Positions 29,253-32,000 of a stretch of 32,000 nucleotides of DNA are shown here, in pieces. Where the stretch lies: NCBI RefSeq assembly GCF_001457615.1, contig NZ_LN831024.1:870001-902000 (forward strand), written 5' to 3'. The translations under genes and the position numbers were made by a program. The DNA is from Pseudomonas aeruginosa (GTDB lineage Bacteria > Pseudomonadota > Gammaproteobacteria > Pseudomonadales > Pseudomonadaceae). Below the pieces are notes generated by a model. It had not been told where the DNA came from. It saw nothing but the letters and a program-made list of their open reading frames with translations, and made no database searches. How positions within the stretch are numbered: position 1 is the stretch's first letter; each line of letters starts with the position of its first letter.

Positions 29253-29384
29253 TCTCCCAGGCGAAATGGCCACATCCGAACCGCGGCGCCCGGGACGACC
29301 CCAGAAGGTCCCGCCGCCCGGTTCGTACCGGCGCCCACCAGCGCCGCGCCTGCGGCCCGGCCGCGTTTACTGTGGAGAAGAAGC

Positions 29385-29852
29385 ATGTCCGTTTTCGATT
29401 CGCGTCAAAAGACTTCCGCCAGCCTGCTCGGTGCCGTACTGGTGGGGGGAATGCTGCTCGGCGGTTCGGCGTTCGCCGTCGAGCCGCTGGGCCAGGGGCT
29501 GCAAGTGGCGGCGGCGAGCGCCGGCGAAGGCAAGTGCGGAGAAGGCAAGTGTGGTAGCGGCGGCTCCGCGAAGACCCCGACCAAGGCCGGCGCCGAGGGC
29601 AAGTGCGGGGAGGGCAAGTGCGGCGACGCCTCCTTTGCCCGAACCGACACCGATCACGATGGCAAGGTCTCGCGCGCCGAGTTCCTCGCGGTGGCCAAGG
29701 ACCGTGCCGGTGAGTTCGACAGCATCGATAGCGACCATGACGGCTTCATTTCCGAAGCCGAGGCCTACGAACACCTGCGCAAGACCTACGAGGCCAACGG
29801 CAAGCCGATGCCCGCCGGGCTGTTCAGCAAGCTGGAGCAAGGCCGGCACTGA
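29385..29852 (+). CDS. efhP: EF-hand calcium-binding protein EfhP with a Sec-type signal/anchor and four EGKCG cysteine motifs (candidate MNIO substrate)
   Basis: The ATG at 29385 has GGAGAAG 4 nt upstream; the track ORF from 29130 is over-extended. 155 aa: [34 protein letters not shown] (signal-like). [10 protein letters not shown] spans residues 48-57 and 71-80. Two canonical 12-residue EF loops follow: [12 protein letters not shown] (88-99) and [12 protein letters not shown] (115-126). Confidence 0.93.
   Translation: MSVFDSRQKTSASLLGAVLVGGMLLGGSAFAVEPLGQGLQVAAASAGEGKCGEGKCGSGGSAKTPTKAGAEGKCGEGKCGDASFARTDTDHDGKVSRAEFLAVAKDRAGEFDSIDSDHDGFISEAEAYEHLRKTYEANGKPMPAGLFSKLEQGRH
29526..29624 (+). 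repeat. Two tandem doublets of the 15-nt unit encoding EGKCG (4 copies)
   Basis: The units are gaaggcaagtgcgga, gaaggcaagtgtggt (29526-29555), then gagggcaagtgcggg, gagggcaagtgcggc (29595-29624). All are in the efhP frame. Confidence 0.9.
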
Positions 29853-29867
29853 GCCTTTCCACACCCT

Positions 29868-29915
29868 GGCGGCGCCCTCTCTTTCCCCTGGGAAAGCGGG
29901 GGCGTCGCCGTTTCC
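29868..29915 (+). terminator. Long imperfect hairpin between efhP and the MNIO gene (candidate attenuator / partial terminator)
   Basis: GGCGGCGCCCTCTCTTTCCC (29868-29887) pairs with GGGAAAGCGGGGGCGTCGCC (29890-29909). The stem has about 17 pairs including 2 G-U, with 1 mismatch. It is followed by GTTTCC and then the MNIO SD GGAG (29916-29919). Confidence 0.4.
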
Positions 29916-29926
29916 GGAGCTATCCC

Positions 29927-30757
29927 ATGACCCTGATCGACAACGCCGCCGGCCTCGGCCTGAGGCGCGGCCTGCTTCCGCAACTGCTGGCGATGGCGCC
30001 CGGCGCGGTGGACTTCCTCGAATGCGCGCCGGACAACTGGATCGGCGTCGGCGGTGCCTTCGGTGCCGACCTGGAGCGCCTGGTGGAGCGCTTTCCACTG
30101 ACCTGCCACGGTCTCTCGCTGTCCCTCGGCGGCTCCACACCGCTGGATGCCGCCTTCATCGAGCAGACCCGACGCTTCCTCGTCCGCCACCGGGTCGCGT
30201 TGTACAGCGAGCACCTCAGTTACTGTTCCGACGATGGCCATCTCTATGATCTGTTGCCGCTGCCGTTCACCGAGGCCGCGGTGCGTCACGTCGCGGCGCG
30301 CATCCGCGAGGCGCAGGAACGCCTGGAGCGGCGCATCGCGGTGGAGAACATTTCCTACTATGCAGCGCCGTACCGGGAGATGAGCGAGATCGAGTTCGTC
30401 AACGCGGTACTCGACGAGGCCGACTGCGACCTGTTGCTGGACGTCAACAACCTGTTCGTCAACGCCTGCAACCACGGCTACGACGCCCTCGACTTCCTCG
30501 CCCGGCTGCCGCCCGGGCGGGTCGCCGTCTACCATGTGGCGGGGCACTACGACGAGGCGCCGGACCTGAAGATCGACACCCATGGTGCCGCCGTGAAGCC
30601 CGGCGTCTGGGCCTTGCTTGGAGCCGCCTATCGTCGCTTCGGCGTGCGCCCGACCCTGCTCGAGCGGGACTTCAACTATCCGCCGCTGGGCGAACTGCTG
30701 CTGGAAGTGGAGCAGATCCGCCAATGGCAACGCGACGAGGGACGCCGTCATGGATGA
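29927..30757 (+). CDS. DUF692 / MNIO (multinuclear non-heme iron oxidase, MbnB/BufB/HvfB-like) enzyme (PA4106-like)
   Basis: 276 aa. Family landmarks by eye: [66 protein letters not shown] (TIM-barrel metal ligands). Confidence 0.93.
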   Translation: MTLIDNAAGLGLRRGLLPQLLAMAPGAVDFLECAPDNWIGVGGAFGADLERLVERFPLTCHGLSLSLGGSTPLDAAFIEQTRRFLVRHRVALYSEHLSYCSDDGHLYDLLPLPFTEAAVRHVAARIREAQERLERRIAVENISYYAAPYREMSEIEFVNAVLDEADCDLLLDVNNLFVNACNHGYDALDFLARLPPGRVAVYHVAGHYDEAPDLKIDTHGAAVKPGVWALLGAAYRRFGVRPTLLERDFNYPPLGELLLEVEQIRQWQRDEGRRHG

Positions 30758-31505
30758 GCGCCTGCGCCAACAGCAGTTCAGCCTCGCCCGGCACCTGCGC
30801 GACCCGCTTGGCAATGCGCCGCCGCCGGACATCGAAGAACGTCGCCTGCGGGTCTACCGCGAGCTGTTCTACAACGCCATCGAAGGCCTCCTTGCCAGCG
30901 GCTTCCCGCGCTTGCGCGGGCTGCTTGGCGAGCAGCAGTGGCATGGCCTGGTGCGCGAGTTCTATCGCGAGGAGAGAAGCCATACCCCCCTGTTCACCCG
31001 TATCGCCGGGGTCTTCGTCGACTACCTGCGGCAGCGGGGCGAGTATCGGCCGGCGTGGCAAGCCGAGTTGGCCCACTTCGAATGGAGCGAAACGCGCCTC
31101 TACCTGGCCGAGCCCGACGATCCGCCGTATCGGCGTGAAGGCGACCTGCTCGACGGGGTGCCGCTGCTGTCGAGCCTGGCGCTGCCGCTGGGCTATCGCT
31201 GGCCGGTGCATCGGCTCGAAGAGGACGTCGCGCTCGCCGAAGCGCCTGCGGAACCGACCCTGCTGTTGATGCACCGCGATTCCTCGCATCGCGTGCATAC
31301 CGCGCGCCTGACTCCGCTGGCCTACCGCCTGCTGGAGTCGCTGGCGAGACGGCGCCTGAGAGGGCGCGAGCACCTGGCGGCGCTGGCGCTCGAGGCGCGG
31401 AGTGCGCCCGGAGCGCTCGACGCGGCGGGGCTGGAGTTGCTGGCAGCGTTGCGGACCCAGGGTGTCGTGCTCGGAACCCTGGAACGCGATTGGGCGGGCG
31501 GATGA
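30750..31505 (+). CDS. DUF2063-family partner protein (MbnC/BufC/HvfC-like, putative substrate-recognition subunit) (PA4105-like)
   Basis: Start [19 protein letters not shown] at the ATG at 30750, overlapping the MNIO gene by 8 nt, giving 251 aa. The DUF2063-type N-terminal region is present ([22 protein letters not shown], FxREF..., [10 protein letters not shown]). The C-terminal domain is compatible with an RRE/winged-helix-like fold. Confidence 0.88.
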   Translation: MDERLRQQQFSLARHLRDPLGNAPPPDIEERRLRVYRELFYNAIEGLLASGFPRLRGLLGEQQWHGLVREFYREERSHTPLFTRIAGVFVDYLRQRGEYRPAWQAELAHFEWSETRLYLAEPDDPPYRREGDLLDGVPLLSSLALPLGYRWPVHRLEEDVALAEAPAEPTLLLMHRDSSHRVHTARLTPLAYRLLESLARRRLRGREHLAALALEARSAPGALDAAGLELLAALRTQGVVLGTLERDWAGG

Positions 31506-31534
31506 CGACGCAGCCCTTGTGGAGTCGATGCATC

Positions 31535-31690
31535 GGCGGATAGCGCCGTTGGCGCTATCCGCCCTACGTGGTGGGTGGGACGGTCTTGGTGTAGGGCGGA
31601 TAACCGCTTGCGGTTATCCGCCGGGGTGGGTCCGGTGTATCGGCGAATAGCGCCGTTGGCGCTATTCGCCCTACGCGGTGGGTGGGATGG
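31535..31690. repeat. Cluster of three REP elements in alternating orientation, with a flanking ~50-bp direct repeat
   Basis: REP copies lie at 31535-31568 (GGCGGATAGCGCCGTTGGCGCTATCCGCCCTACG), 31591-31622 (inverted: GTAGGGCGGATAACCGCTTGCGGTTATCCGCC) and 31642-31675 (GGCGAATAGCGCCGTTGGCGCTATTCGCCCTACG). The first and third are each followed by GGTGGGTGGGA(C/T)GGT. Confidence 0.75.
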
Positions 31691-31705
31691 TTCTGGCTTG
31701 CTGTG

Positions 31706-31740
31706 AAAAACCCCGGAGGCGATCGCGTTCCGGGGTTTTT
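31706..31740. terminator. Bidirectional rho-independent terminator
   Basis: AAAAACCCCGGA (31706-31717) and TCCGGGGTTTTT (31729-31740) are perfect complements with an 11-nt loop. This gives a GC stem plus a U-tract on both strands, between the convergent DUF2063 and DoxX genes. Confidence 0.65.
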
Positions 31741-31757
31741 CCGTGGCTGGCCGAATC

Positions 31758-32000
31758 CTAGCGGGACAGGCCCAGGCGCCGCCCGAGCCAGTGGTCCAGG
31801 CTCAGCTTCCCCGCCCCCGCCAACAGCAGCGGCAGCAGCGCCGCCAGGTAGATCGCCGGGAGCTTGAAATTGCCGAAGCCGTGGTCGGTGATCGAGTAGC
31901 CGCGGGCCAGTTCCGCCAGGCTCGACCACTCCGCCGGCCAGTGTACGGCGGCGGTCGCCACCAGAGTGACGACGATCAGCACCAGGGCGGTCAGGCGGGT
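31758..32000 (-). CDS. DoxX-family inner-membrane protein, C-terminal part (gene continues past the right edge)
   Basis: The C-terminal ...[34 protein letters not shown] is the typical DoxX ending (GxGxxSLD). The frame stays open upstream of the GTG at 31982 to the window end, so the true start is probably outside the window. Confidence 0.7.
   Translation of the reverse strand, partial: TRLTALVLIVVTLVATAAVHWPAEWSSLAELARGYSITDHGFGNFKLPAIYLAALLPLLLAGAGKLSLDHWLGRRLGLSR

Noticed and set aside
29130-29384. The longer efhP ORF starting at 29130, and the 370-aa ORF 29137..30249 spanning efhP and the MNIO gene
   Set aside because: The ATG at 29385 has a GGAGAAG site and yields a signal-peptide N-terminus. 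The upstream extension is Arg/Pro-rich and lies in the divergent promoter region. The 370-aa ORF is an alternate frame crossing two real genes.
29526-29624. Short tandem DNA repeats considered as a possible CRISPR or VNTR-like array
   Set aside because: The units are only 15 nt long and lie in frame inside a coding sequence. The copies differ only at synonymous third positions and lack the repeat-spacer architecture. They are coding repeats for the EGKCG motif.

Overview
This GC-rich window reads as Pseudomonas aeruginosa core chromosome. By gene order it is syntenic with the PAO1 PA4131 to PA4104 segment, read in the opposite orientation. All assignments come from reading the translations and motifs; no database search was run.

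Left to right:
- A partial CcoG/FixG-like Fe-S membrane protein gene, absent from the ORF track.
- A divergent sulfite/nitrite reductase hemoprotein gene coupled to a DUF934 gene.
- An eight-gene minus-strand homoprotocatechuate meta-cleavage operon (hpaG1-hpaG2-hpaE-hpaD-hpaF-hpaX-hpaH-hpaI).
- The divergent AraC activator hpaA, followed by the intrinsic aminoglycoside kinase aph(3')-IIb.
- A small secreted protein gene, then bphO-bphP (heme oxygenase and bacteriophytochrome kinase).
- A PpnN/LOG-like nucleotide nucleosidase, a GNAT acetyltransferase and an MFS exporter.
- A 1417-aa CHASE-PAS3-HK-REC2-Hpt hybrid sensor kinase and a small conserved hypothetical.
- The ampC-ampR pair, a lower-GC orphan ORF and an HD-GYP c-di-GMP phosphodiesterase.
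- The right-hand cluster: efhP, a DUF692/MNIO oxidase and a DUF2063 partner, with a convergent DoxX gene.

The most interesting locus is that right-hand cluster. EfhP is known as an EF-hand calcium protein. Here it also carries a Sec-type signal peptide and four EGKCG cysteine motifs, directly upstream of an overlapping MNIO + DUF2063 gene pair. That is the genetic signature of oxazolone/thioamide- or thiooxazole-forming metallophore maturation (methanobactin, bufferin and oxazolin type). The prediction is a post-translationally modified, copper- and calcium-binding secreted protein.

Other second-look items:
- Phased GATAC repeats in the efhP / HD-GYP divergent promoter.
- A hairpin between efhP and the MNIO gene.
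- The atypical-composition orphan ORF between ampR and the HD-GYP gene.
- A strongly ribosome-bound upstream ORF overlapping the GNAT start.
- REP element clusters.
- The AmpC allele (Q79/A105).

No CRISPR array, tRNA/rRNA gene, transposase or integrase was seen. Many long ORFs in the track are antisense or alternate-frame artefacts of high GC content.
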